A stretch of 64,000 nucleotides of DNA from Patellaria atrata CBS 101060. Taxonomy: Eukaryota. A program made the translations under genes and the position numbers. This document shows positions 38,483-50,122 of the stretch, piece by piece (position 1 is the first letter of the stretch; every line of letters begins with the position of its first letter). The stretch lies in contig MU006089.1 of the NCBI GenBank assembly GCA_010093705.1, positions 65,628 to 129,627 on the forward strand, read 5' to 3'. The notes under the pieces are model-generated. The model did not search any database. It worked only from the letters and a program-made list of their open reading frames with translations, and was not told the DNA's origin.

Positions 38483-41400
38483 TTATGCTGATTTCCCTGA
38501 GCCCGTGAGTCTTACTTCTTCCGCTTCACTCAACCTCTCAATTTCGTTTTGTATTGCCAGCACCCAATGATCTCTTTCGGCACGGCTTCTCGTTCTGAAC
38601 ACTATACTTCGCCCAGGTACACCTAACCTACTGACCAGTTTAAGCCTCGCTCTTCTGCCCTCACCCTTCACATCCTCTTGGGTTGAGTTGCTTTCTGGAC
38701 CTCCCTGCGATCTAAATATGCCTTTGGCGCGCCCATGCCAAACAACAAAAGTGGTCATGAAATCTTCATCCGTGCTTGTCCATCCATCTTCTAAGTAGAT
38801 ACGGGGTAGGGCATGCTGGCCAGGCTTGTTCGCGTCAAAAGTGCGATTTTGGTATAGAAGATCATTTTCAGTCAAAAGACCAGAGTATAAGTAGCAGTCT
38901 TTAAGATCCAGTGAAGAAACCTTTTCGTGGTGAATGTGCGCCACTTCCTTTCCGGTCCTGGTTCGTAATGTGTCCTGGAATAGAAGTAAACGCCCATGCA
39001 CCAATAGAACTGTACATCGTGTAAATGTGCTGTGTCGCCTGGGTTTCCTATATAGGGTTCCGGCCACATGAATTGCGCGACAACGACTTATGCCGCACAT
39101 GTTATATAAGTCTGCAGAAGCGTACGTTTTCGTGACCTCCCATTTTCGAGCGAACTGCCCCATGAAAGATTCTGTCTCCTCATCGATTTTTAACTCGTTG
39201 AGATTTTTTTGACGAACGGACTTATAAAGTTGAATGTCAGCGGCGCTACGTGACTTCCAATATTTAGTCAGACCACGGAGACGGCTAATCCATTCAATTT
39301 TTGTGAGTTCATTGAAGGACTGGAGACGGATAACTAGACCATTAGACATGACAAGTTCGAACGTGCGGTCGTCGTCAAATTGTGTCGTTGTTCCTTGATC
39401 TTCATTGTTGTTGTCGGCCTCGAAATCGACATCCGAACCTGATCCTAGGTCATCATCGACGGTTGTGGCACCGCGGTAAACATTACGTATTTTGAGTACA
39501 CTGCAGAGGTCTATGTAACCATCACAGTTCAACAACAAGTTTGCCTTCCGTTCTGCTTCATAATGTGCATCGAGGTCGTGCTTTTGCTGATCCTTAAACG
39601 TTGTAGAACGCCCAGGGGTAAGCCATTCTACAGTGCCGTCCTTTACCGGATATGGATCGACATCATATATAAGCGGAATCTCATTATCTCTTTGATCAGG
39701 AGCTGCAATATATGAGCTGGTAGGAACCGGTAACGTCGGCGGAGCGGGTGGCGACACGTTTCCTGGTTTAGAGAAAACAAGGTACTGATCGTGCGATGAA
39801 AAGTATAGCCGTCTATAGAGGAGTCGACCGAATCTTCGATCGATACCTCTTTGCGAGGTCAATCGAACAAGGAACCCTTCCACTGGAGCAGGTTCTGTCA
39901 ATATTTCTCCGTTCTTAGCTCGCGTGGTTGTTGGGTAATGTTGTTTGGGTCGTAGTTCGAGTTCGTGCGACTTTATCATGGCTATTGTCCCATACATTCT
40001 ACGCTCATTAGGTCCGTGAATCCATTCAAGGCGGTCATAACGTTTCCAGGCCAGTCCCATGCGCCCATTCTTGGACCAGGATGAAACGATATCCGTCCAT
40101 TCCGACGATTTCAGAAGCATTTCCATGCATTGGGAGATAATGTTGGTCGCGACAGCTTGTTCTTCCTGTAGTACTTTCTCAATTGCTTCATCGTCGCCAT
40201 TTGTGATCTCATCCATTCTCTCTGATGATTCTAATTTATGAAAGGGGTCTTCTACATGTAAGGTAACACTGAGATCGGGAACATTAACTTGGAGCTCCGA
40301 GGCACCATGCCATCCGAGAATATTACGGATAAACGTATACCACTCCACAGCACTTGAGCTGGATCTTGGTTGAAGAATATACAGTATGGTTCCGCCGGGA
40401 GTAGGAGCCCAGACGACGACTGACTTATCCAAGGATGAACATAGATTCACCCTGGTGTATTTACGACTCAGCTTGATTTGATGCTTGCTCTTCTTTCTTG
40501 ACTGCGATTTTTCGATGGCAGGTATTACCCGGGTCTTATACATCTGAAGCTCGAATTCTGCATCCTCATCGTGGGTGATCTCGCGGCATACAACCATGAA
40601 CTCTCGCCATTTCTCGAGAGTCATGGAATCAATCTTTTGACTTTCATTCTCGTCATATTCATCGGGTAATTGGGCTTTGGAAGTGTCAACGCGTATGAGC
40701 ATCTTCTCCATCTTGACGATCTGGCCATCTTTTGCACTACTTCGACGTGCGTTTCTAGATGCATGTAAGAGTTTCATCTGAGTAGACCGTGCCCTATCCT
40801 GGATATTACTCCGTATAGTGTCTTTAGGGACATCAAAACGTACTAATCCTGAGGGTTTGAGTCGTCCAATAACCTGTGATTGGTCATGATTCTCCTCAAT
40901 GGACGGAGGTGGTACATTGTTAACTAAAGGATTAGTTTCGCTTTGGACCTCCAATGCCGGGGAGGTGTATTTTTGGATGAGAGAGGAAGTGGAAGTAACA
41001 TCATGATGAGGCTCATTGGGAGACACGTCCGCTTCAGCCATAGAAGTCCTCGTGTCTGTCATAGTGACAGATCGGAGATCAGCGTCAGGTTTCGGGATCT
41101 TAGAGATCTCCTCTGACTCTTGGAATATCTCATCAGGCTCAACTGGCTTCAGTGGCCGTTCCTTGGCAGTATGGAAAGATTCTGTAGTCTCAGTACGCGC
41201 CGGACGGTGTGAACCGCCAGCTATAAGTTGGTCTCCTGGTTTGGGGTCCTCTTGAACCCCAGTGGAGTTGGTGGCTTCGCGTTTAGGATTGTTCTTTGGT
41301 ATGGAGGCTATATCGATATTTGATGATCCAGGTGCTACCGGTAGTGAAGTCTCGGTACTCACCCGCTGAGGCTCACCGTTATATGACCGATCATGATCGT

Positions 41401-41821
41401 CTTCTTCCTCTTCACTAATGTGATCCTTTGATAACCCTTTTGGTTGTGGAAAACTTCTCGCGAAGGTAGCAGACGAGCTTGGCCCACTTAGACCGGATAA
41501 TCTGCGATTATGATCGAAGGTAGTATTTGCAGAGAATGTGGCGGCTCGAGATGAGTAGTTTGAGTGCAGGTGGAGTTTATACCACTCGCGATCGTGACTT
41601 TTCAGCCATCCCGTTGGGATAGGCCCAATGAAGCAACGACGCGTTGTGAGGTGAAGGTGCTCCGGTGTTGCATGTTTCTATTTGGCAATTGTTAAGTTCA
41701 ACAGAAGAAGGATGAGAAGTTTTGTTCAACACCATACCAGACGATGAGTTGTGTAGGAATCAGGATGAAGGTTGGAACAGTCAACTCCATTTGCAGAAAC
41801 ATTCAGGGGATGGATGCTCAT
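38483..41821 (-). CDS. SPO71: Spo71/Mug56-like PH-domain sporulation protein; exons 41821-41738, 41677-38483
   Basis: Frame open upstream of the listed ORF (HATPEHLHLTTRRCFIGPIP); KWREFMVVCR, GLAWKRYDRLEW, VEGFLVRLT, LKDCYLYSG, RSRAERDHWVLAI. Confidence 0.85.
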
Positions 41822-42314
41822 CTGTGGCGAGATATTTTGTAGGATCTCCGTTGTCGATGATGCTGTAGCTCTACTCGTGTAGCGCAGAAGGGGAGAGGAT
41901 GTTTTACGCGAGGGACACAACGAAGCATTAGAACGAACTTATTAGATACTATGGGTTACAGAAGGTAAAGGATAAGAATATGAAGGGTCCAAGTAAAGGA
42001 ACTCATCCTATGTACCAGCGCGTTTACCTTGAGCTGTTGAGGAGGCGCGGCACACAAGCTAGGCACTAGTTCTACCTTAGAGATCTACACGTGCTCACTC
42101 TAATTTGACGACGTCACCGTGAAAAATAGAACTAAAGGTTAGCTCGATACCTTAAACCAACCTAGCACTTGGGTTCTAGGTACGTACTGGCCACCTCACC
42201 TATAAGTTACTAGGTCTCTCACAAACATGATTGTTCTAGGAATTATTGAAAAGGAAAAATTCGTTGCGAACATCCAAACGATTTTGATTTTAGTTCTGTA
42301 TACAAAAGGCTACT

Positions 42315-45023
42315 TCAGACGATTGTTACCGATTCAACCTGAACAGGTTCGAAATATGTGTCATCGAAAGGCCCGAATACATGCTGTATGAATCCTACTA
42401 CTATTGATATCTTTGATTCTATATCATCATCAGCAGCAGCAGCAACACCTGGCTTAAAATAGTCGTAATAGCACCTCCCACTACTGGGACAGTCACAGAT
42501 TTCGTCGTCCTCTCGGGTAAGGAATATGGAGCAATCCTCGCATCCAAATTTACAGTGATTGCAGTTGCAATGTGAGTCCGTGGTCGCATTAGGGCATTGT
42601 TCATAGTTGTCAACAAGATGCAAATATTGGTCGAATTGTCTCCTCCACGGGAAGATACCCATAAAAAATGCTATGCAATTCCGATGTACCGACGTTCGTT
42701 TGGTAGAATGGTTTCTGAAGTAGTTCCACGGGTTACCTAGCGGAGAGTCTTTTTCCTTCAGTTTGTACAAAACATTTCGAATGGCGAGTATTGTGTAGCC
42801 CAGAAAACACCGGCGGGGGAGAATGTTTCGCTACCAGGAATGTGATGCAGTAAGAGGTCGGTTATATACCAGTAGTAGTCAGAAACGCCAAGGCAGTCTA
42901 AATTACAAAAATAGATAGGAAGAATGAATTTCTCGCTTAGTTCAAACCCCTGAGTAGCGTCCTCTTTAATGTACACCTCCTTCATCAGCCTATTTTGCAT
43001 AGCCTCTGGTACAGATGAAGTAGAGACGTATGTAAAATATCTTCCTTGTGGACCATGTGCCACGAAGCTCAGTGGTTACAATAATCCACGCAAAGTGATG
43101 GATCCCCCTTTGAGGGTAGCAGTTCCATCATCCGTAACTAGTTCAAATTTGGCGTCCAGCAGTTCTGATAGAGGCATAGAATGGACAGAATTGACCTCGT
43201 TGTCGGGCTCGGGGCCAGGGCACACATTGAACCGAACCGCACTTCTACATGAAAGCCAGCTCCACGACGGAACAACATAACTAGGCAAGCCCATCCCATC
43301 TATCGGCGCGGGAGGAGTGAGATCAAATCCATTCTTGAAACCTTCGTCAATTTTTCAGTATAGACCATCAATGACAGAATTCGTCCATTGTTCAGCGATA
43401 TATGGGTCCTCCGGTATAAAGGATTGAAACACTTTCGCAATGCCTGATAGAGCAATTGGTTTGACAGTATATTTTGTCAAGGTTCGTCTTGAATATTCCA
43501 AACATATTAGCTCCCAATTAAGGGCAACGTTCCTACTTCTATTTTCAAACATGCCGTACTTTGTTCGGGGCAAGCGGTAATTCCCCCTCAAACGGATAGC
43601 TCACATCTGGGACTAACTCGTATACGAAGGCCTGTGGACAATCCCAAACGAGTTGTGTACTGAAGTGTAATACGCGAGGTGATAAAAATCACTCCTGTAA
43701 GACACAGGCCCGACCTGCCAACGGGACGTGACTATTTTGATCGAATACTGAATTATTGACTGCTCGTATGTTTTCGGGGTTCTCTCCCCAGAAAGCCCAT
43801 GTTTTGAGCCTTTTTCTTCTCCGTCATATCTTGAGTTCGAGAACAAATGGTTTCGATTCGTCGGGATGCCTGCTCATAAAGCAGCCTTGATCGCTATCAT
43901 TTGCGGAACTTGCTGCTATATTGAGAATACCTTTGGCGTATACACTTCCCATACTGATTGATTCAATTGCTCAGTCCTCCGTAGAGTCTTGCAACATGTA
44001 AGAATGACAATTGCAAGTCTTGAATAAGAGTAGCACGATACCTTGAATTATGCATAAAGAATCAATCTGTTGCTTTGTGATTAACATATAAAAGACGGAA
44101 AACGGTGAAGACTGACTTGCCCACAAATATCTAACTTTACGCACCACCTATTATAATGGGTATGGTTTATTTTAGTCGTATAGAACTCACTATCAAAATA
44201 TGAACATATTTCGACTGCATCCCGAAATGTTTTGGGAAGTTGTGTGAGCGGGATACCCCTTTTGAAAGACCCAATGTTCGAACGGAGCAACCTCAAGATT
44301 TGTTTACCCCCCCAGCAGTGACTCACCGTTATGTATCTGAGAGACGGCGTATATGGCATTGAACTTGTCTCTACGAGTTGAATCATATGGGCATCTTTTC
44401 CCACAGTAAGATCGAGAAGTCGAGTCGGTGGGACATTCGACCCATGAAGGTTCGATGCTGCTAATGTCTTGCGTATATTCGCGCAAATTTCGCGCTTCTG
44501 AATGCACATCGAGAACTGAGTTTGAGCCCAGTTCCGGAAAGGCCCTGATTTTGTACTAAAGTTGAATTCGGAACAATTTGATTGTGGGGTAGGTGTAATG
44601 ATATCTATCTGAGGTCAACGGAGCAAAGGCTAATATGTGGATGTGATCTCTTATCATATATACCGACAATAGATGAGACAAACTTTCTGCCATTCTGACG
44701 AATCGTCTAAGAACCAGGTGATTAGCAGCATGATGCACCTCAACTACTCTCTGCTTCTGGACTTTTTTGATTGATACTTCAATGTCACCATTATCAATAT
44801 CAGCACAGAAAGGTTCGTAAATGATCGAAGACTAAAAATGGCTGCAGAGGACACAACTCTGAGAAGCGGATTCGATTATTGTGGCTGTACTGGTATGGAA
44901 CGAGTTAAAAAATTCCGAAATATTTTCCGCCGGAAGTACTGTCTTATCATTTGGAGTTTTTGATCCCGGGGTTTCACGTTCCCGATCAGGATTGTCTGTT
45001 TCTGAGGCCTCGTTTTCCGTCAA
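42315..45023 (-). pseudogene. Degenerate HET (heterokaryon incompatibility) domain gene
   Basis: PTRLLDL, YITVSHCWGG, LPKTFRDAVEI, spliced RYLW-IDSLCIIQ-D, MGSVYAKGILNIAAS, YSRRTLT..ALSGIA, PSWSWLS; in-frame stops at 43971-73, 43355-57 and 43076-78 plus frame breaks. Confidence 0.85.
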
Positions 45024-45595
45024 GTCTAGATGAGGGACAAAGGCGGTGCAATTTTAGCAAAGTTACGAATACCGGCCCCTTGGACGAATTGTCGCCATTA
45101 GAAGGAAAACGAGAGTAAAGGATGAGTGTCAGAGTATTATAAGAAATTACGCTACAAATATATCTTTGAAGAAAGGCCTTGAAAGAGGCCATATGGTTGT
45201 GTGATGCGCTTGCAGCACGCGTATGTGAGAGAAGCGAATGATTGAGGAATAAGAGGCGCTTGACGAAGATTTGACCCAATCATAAAAATTAGAATAGAGA
45301 GCTTCAAGAGTGACCGAGAGAAGGAACGCAAGCGTTCAATGTAAGTAATTGACAAAAGCCTCGCTTTTGAACCTGACCCACCCTGTGGATGTAGGACTTG
45401 ATTGTACATACAGTACATCTGTAACATTGTAACCCAAGACGTGCTGTACAGGCGCGTAAGGCTTCATCAGGACACAGATCTGGTAGTACAGAATAATGTA
45501 TAGCAAATATACAGTGACTAATGGGTGCTAGCAAGGTTAAGGAAGAAATACAAAACGGAATCTTCGTCGAACTTAATGTTACTTGGGCAATAGTT

Positions 45596-46417
45596 TCAAG
45601 CTATTCCCACTTCCTGTAGGCCCATGTCGAACAATAAGAACTCTGCAGCTTTGTCACCTACAGATCGTACAGTGAATTTGTTTGGTCCCTCTAATCCGTC
45701 AACGAATGCACCATCTCCCTCCCCGAGTTCTACATCGCCAACAATGATTTTAGCGCCTCCAGTAGTTGGCTGACTTTTAGCTGTCATGGCAACGTGTAGA
45801 TATACCTTTCTCTTCCCCTCAGCAACTAGATCGTGAGTGACACTTTTCCCTGGACTCAATATTGAGGCGCTCATACTGACATCAGCATGTGCAGGAATCG
45901 CCTCGCTCTCAAGTGCGCCACCGGTGTGTCTCGTGACAGACTCGATGATGCGAACGAGGCTCTCCTTTTTCATTTCGTCTGTAAACTTCCGGGTTATATA
46001 GCTCGGGCGTAATCCTCGCACATTCGGTTTAGCCCAGATTTGTAGAAAATGAACAGGATCGTCTTTATCGCGGCTGTACTCTGAGTGCCTTATTCCTGTT
46101 CCTGCGCTGGTAAACTGCACTTCTCCTCGTTCCAATAACTCTAGATTTCCCATGCTGTCTGTATGTTCTAACGTCCCAGACACAATGTATGACCAAATAA
46201 GAAATTCCGCATGGCTATGAGTCCCGAATCCTTTATTAGGTTCAAGGCGGTCCTCGTTGATGACTCGGAGAGGACCGTACGATGAGACTTTAGGATCAAA
46301 ATACGATGCAAAGGAGAAAGTATGGAAGGTGTAGAGCCAACCATGGTCAGCATGACCACGTTCATTAGAACCTCGCTTTCTGACTGTCATCGTCGAAGGG
46401 GTAGTTCTGGATGACAT
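45596..46417 (-). CDS. Pirin-family bicupin (YhhW/quercetinase-like)
   Basis: RGHADHGWL..HTFSFASY, LRVINEDR, GFGTHSH, HTDSMGN, SAGTGIRHSE, FLQIW, LGEGDGA; intronless. Confidence 0.92.
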   Translation of the reverse strand: MSSRTTPSTMTVRKRGSNERGHADHGWLYTFHTFSFASYFDPKVSSYGPLRVINEDRLEPNKGFGTHSHAEFLIWSYIVSGTLEHTDSMGNLELLERGEVQFTSAGTGIRHSEYSRDKDDPVHFLQIWAKPNVRGLRPSYITRKFTDEMKKESLVRIIESVTRHTGGALESEAIPAHADVSMSASILSPGKSVTHDLVAEGKRKVYLHVAMTAKSQPTTGGAKIIVGDVELGEGDGAFVDGLEGPNKFTVRSVGDKAAEFLLFDMGLQEVGIA

Positions 46418-46952
46418 TGTACGAAAGATAGAAGGGTTCCTGTACAGGACTTTTGGTAGAGAAGTGCGAAGGGATTGGGATAAAGCCACTGTGACTGCTG
46501 AGATATATAATATTTGACGAGGAGATGATCTTTGAATGGAGTTCGTCTGCAAGGACTCTCAGAAATACGGGTACGGAAATCTATTTGTACTCTACAAGCA
46601 CAAGACACGACCCCGTACGAACGTAGGTGCTAGTCCATCGTAGAAATATTGTCCTGCTGTTAGTCGTCTACAAGGACCGGTTTAAATTCTTGAAAGATGT
46701 TTGTCATGTTCCTGTCAGCTCTTGGTAATCCTATTATTGAATCTTAGTGAACATTGGAAAGTTTACAGAGCGATTTGCCAAGCCACTACCTTGACCTTAC
46801 CCTTTGAGGATTAGTAATAACCCTACCATAACGTTATGCTGACGGATAAGGTTATCAGTGAGAACTAGGGCATGTCTATACTCTATAGGTATCTCTCCTG
46901 TCCCTTCTTCGATAAAACATTATCTGCACGAAAATGTGAGAAAGATCTCCAC

Positions 46953-48155
46953 ATGGCCTCTTCTCAGCCTGCAGTTACGCAGGGCGCAACGTCCTTTCAA
47001 GCGGATGCTTTTTTCAGTAATTGGTCTGACGATTACGTGCCGAAAAATAACGATCTTCGAGCATCGATTCTCAAAGCCTTCAATCTCAAGTCGCAGGACG
47101 CTTTCATATACCACGCCCACTCAAGCGTAACTCTCGAGCAAGCTCAGAGAGCCCTCGATTTCGGGCGAACCAACGGCTTACTGGCTTGGTATAGGGACGA
47201 GGATGGGAACGAGGTTCGTGCAAATACCAGCGATTTATTAGCATTACCGCCCGACATCCTCAATGTTAGACCAAGACCGACATTGTTCACTCCATAGATC
47301 CAACCGCCACCACCGGCAGATGTGGTCGCTTACACGTCAATCTTTCTACCGACAACGGTCACCGTGAAAGCATTGACAGGATTTGCATCAAACGCAAAGA
47401 AAGGTTCTCTGCGTGCAGAGATTGCAACCTACATGCAATCGAAGCTTCATCTTCCGGATGCCTCATCCGGCCTCACACTCCCTTCTAAAGTAAAAACCCC
47501 ACCCAAGAACCCTTCACTGGATATGTGGGCATGGTCAAACCTAGCCCTTCAATGGGGAGGGCCAACTGTAGCTACCGGGAAGATTAAACTTAGCCATCAC
47601 ATAGCGCCGATCTTCTATCACCATTTTGGATGCTCAATACCTACACATGATGCTCTATCACTGATTTCGCAGATAGCAATCCCCTCTAAAGGTAAGGTTG
47701 CGAGACGCACCGTCCTGGATGTTGGGTGCGGGAACGGATACTGGACATATCTCCTACGCAATGCACCCTACAATGTTGATGTGACCGCCATTGATAACGG
47801 TCAATCTCTCTGGCGTACTATATGGATCAATGATATCGTCCTCGCAGATGGTGCGCAGTATATAACAAAGAAAAGGATGACAAGCTCATCCCTAGTGCCA
47901 ATATTACTTTTAGTCTATCCTGTGGCGACCACCGACTTTACTCCTAGCGTCATCAACGCATATACTTCACGGGGTGGCGATACTATTGTTGTAGCAGGGA
48001 CGCAGAATGACAACAGATATACGGCGTTTCAGGACACGACAATCCATGAGTGGCTACAACAGGAACATGGACGGGAAGGTTGGAGGTGCGTTGCACAGAT
48101 CCCATTGCCGAGTTTCGCAGGCAAAGACGAGGGACTGTTTATATTTCGGAAATGA
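46953..48155 (+). CDS. Hypothetical protein with SAM-dependent methyltransferase-like motif; exons 46953-47213, 47298-48155
   Basis: VLDVGCGNGYW, VTAIDN, LLLVYP, IVVAGTQNDNRYTAF, IPLPSFAGKDEGLF; phase-0 intron 47214-47297. Confidence 0.8.
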
Positions 48156-48341
48156 GCTGGGAATAATAACGGTGCCAGTTACTAAGATGCATGCAGCGAA
48201 TGCTCTAATCTCACCTGCGGCTATTCCGATCACTTTACTCTGATCGAAATAGAGCGTTACTTGGTTCTTCATTAATCACATGCTTATCTCATCTCGTAGC
48301 TTTCAAGCCAATGTTATACCTGCACAGTAGCCATCCTGCCC

Positions 48342-49389
48342 TCAATTCTTACCATGCGCCATAAAACTGCTCAGAATCCTCACGACCCTCTTCAATCCAA
48401 CTAACCATTCCTTCATCTCTTGAATGAGGCGTTCCTCGGGCACATCAGGTGACCGAAGCTCCTTGTAAGCTGTTTCTCTGGAAGGTACCTTGCTGAATGA
48501 TACACTGACTAATGGCGCCGTCATAGAGCCACCGGGCATAGTGAGGTGTACTGGGCGGAGTGTATAAGGAAAAGCATTGCTGAAAGATTTACTGAGTTCT
48601 TCGGAAGGGTTTGCAAAGCTGCGGGATAGGGCCTCGGAGGTTAATTGGAGTCCGCTAGATCCATGTCAGTAACTGAAGACCGGCACACCTGAGATAGTAA
48701 AGTGGGATGTCTCAGTACGAGCAGCGCGTGAGAAAGCGAATAAACGCACCCAAGTAACCATTTCATGCCTTCTTCCGGTGACTTTTTGTTGTACATCCCG
48801 TCTGCCCGGGGTTTAAGGAAGTCCTGTAGGGGTTGCTGGTCGTAATTCTTGCCCGACTCGATCTTCTGATTGTTCAATTAGCTACCAGCAAGCTCGTATA
48901 CGTAGTGAAACTGGGGAAAATCTGTATACCGCAACATTGCCCACCATGTCACTTTGCACGAGTTTGAACGGGTCGGTATATGAGCCAATTGAGCTCAAAA
49001 AGCCGCCTTTTGAAGATCCTTTGTTCAATTGAACTATGATCAAGGTAAGTTGAGATTTTCGGAAAATGCTAGATATGCCAATAACGTGATAGGGGAGCAG
49101 GCTCTTGAGGTGAATCATCTTTGGATCATCTTTTACTTCTCGTGCAACAGGCAAGAACAGAAAGACCGGACGTACGAAACAGGTTGATTACACCTTGAAC
49201 AGCTTGGACGAATTCGTCTGTACGAATCTTTTGGTTTCCGTCAACGTTTTCGAAATCCATGACGTTTTCCTTATACGCAGCCTCGATATCCTCGAGGTTG
49301 ATTTCTTGCGTTTGTCCATCGATGGTGACTTTGGTGAAATTGAGACGTAAAGTATCGAAGAAAGTCTGACCTGCCTGCAAAGCGACCAT
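48342..49389 (-). CDS. Divergent glycolipid transfer protein (GLTP/HET-C2 family); exons 49389-49176, 49033-48930, 48865-48750, 48654-48342
   Basis: Spliced product: GQTFFDTL...TDEFVQAVQGVINLF...FKLVQSDMVGNVAKI...EGMKWLLGGLQLT...ELSKSFSNAFPYTLRPVH...VPSRETAY...MKEWLVGL. Confidence 0.8.
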
Positions 49390-49611
49390 CTTTGATGAGT
49401 CGCGCTCTTGAATAGTTTGAAAGTGCGTATTGCCCTATGGATGTGTATAGCCTTGAAGGGTTGTTTATGAAGTGAGAGAATGCAATAATGGAAAGAAGGG
49501 GTGCTGTAAAATGAAGTGTCTGGCGCTCGATCGAAACACAAGGCGGGGTGTAGGATTTATTTCGCCTTAGCTACTCAAGGGAGGTAAGACCGGAGGGGCA
49601 GGTAAGGACGA

Positions 49612-49656
49612 TAGGTACGGTAGGTATGGTAGGTATGGTAGGTATGGTAGGTAAGG
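49612..49656 (+). repeat. Tandem 9-bp repeat (TAGGTATGG) x5
   Basis: taggtacgg-taggtatgg-taggtatgg-taggtatgg-taggtaagg. Confidence 0.9.
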
Positions 49657-50122
49657 CACAGTTATGTAAAGTATATATATTGTAAGTTACCAAGGAGACT
49701 ATCTACGTTAAGGTTAGGTGCATCGGTCTAAGAAAAAGATGATAAGGTAAGGTCAAACTCAGAAGGGACGGAGGCAGACTGACCTTACCCTAAAAGGCTA
49801 ATATACCGTTCTGGTGTTACGGGATCATGCTACGCGAGCGACAAGCAACCTGGAACTCGCCAATAATTTTTTGGCTGTTTCCGGGCATGGAACGCGTAGA
49901 TTTCGGTTGGGATGGCCCAACTGACTCCCCATAACGTTCGTGGGCGGGAATATAATCAGTTATTTCAAGATCCCTTATGGCTTATACATAGCGAGTTTAG
50001 CTACTCAGTTAATCAAAATAACTCTTCACCGTTACTAGAGAAAGGTCTTACGGTACCTTGCCCCATCGTATATTCCGCGCAATTCGTTGCTGGTGGCATA
50101 ACAGTTGTATGCTCATCAAAAC

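Noticed and set aside
45596..46417. Horizontal transfer of the intronless, bacterial-like pirin
   Set aside because: YhhW-like pirins are common in fungi and other genes here are intronless too; it needs a phylogeny
49612..49656. Tandem repeat as CRISPR-like or telomeric
   Set aside because: No spacers, eukaryotic context, and the unit differs from TTAGGG
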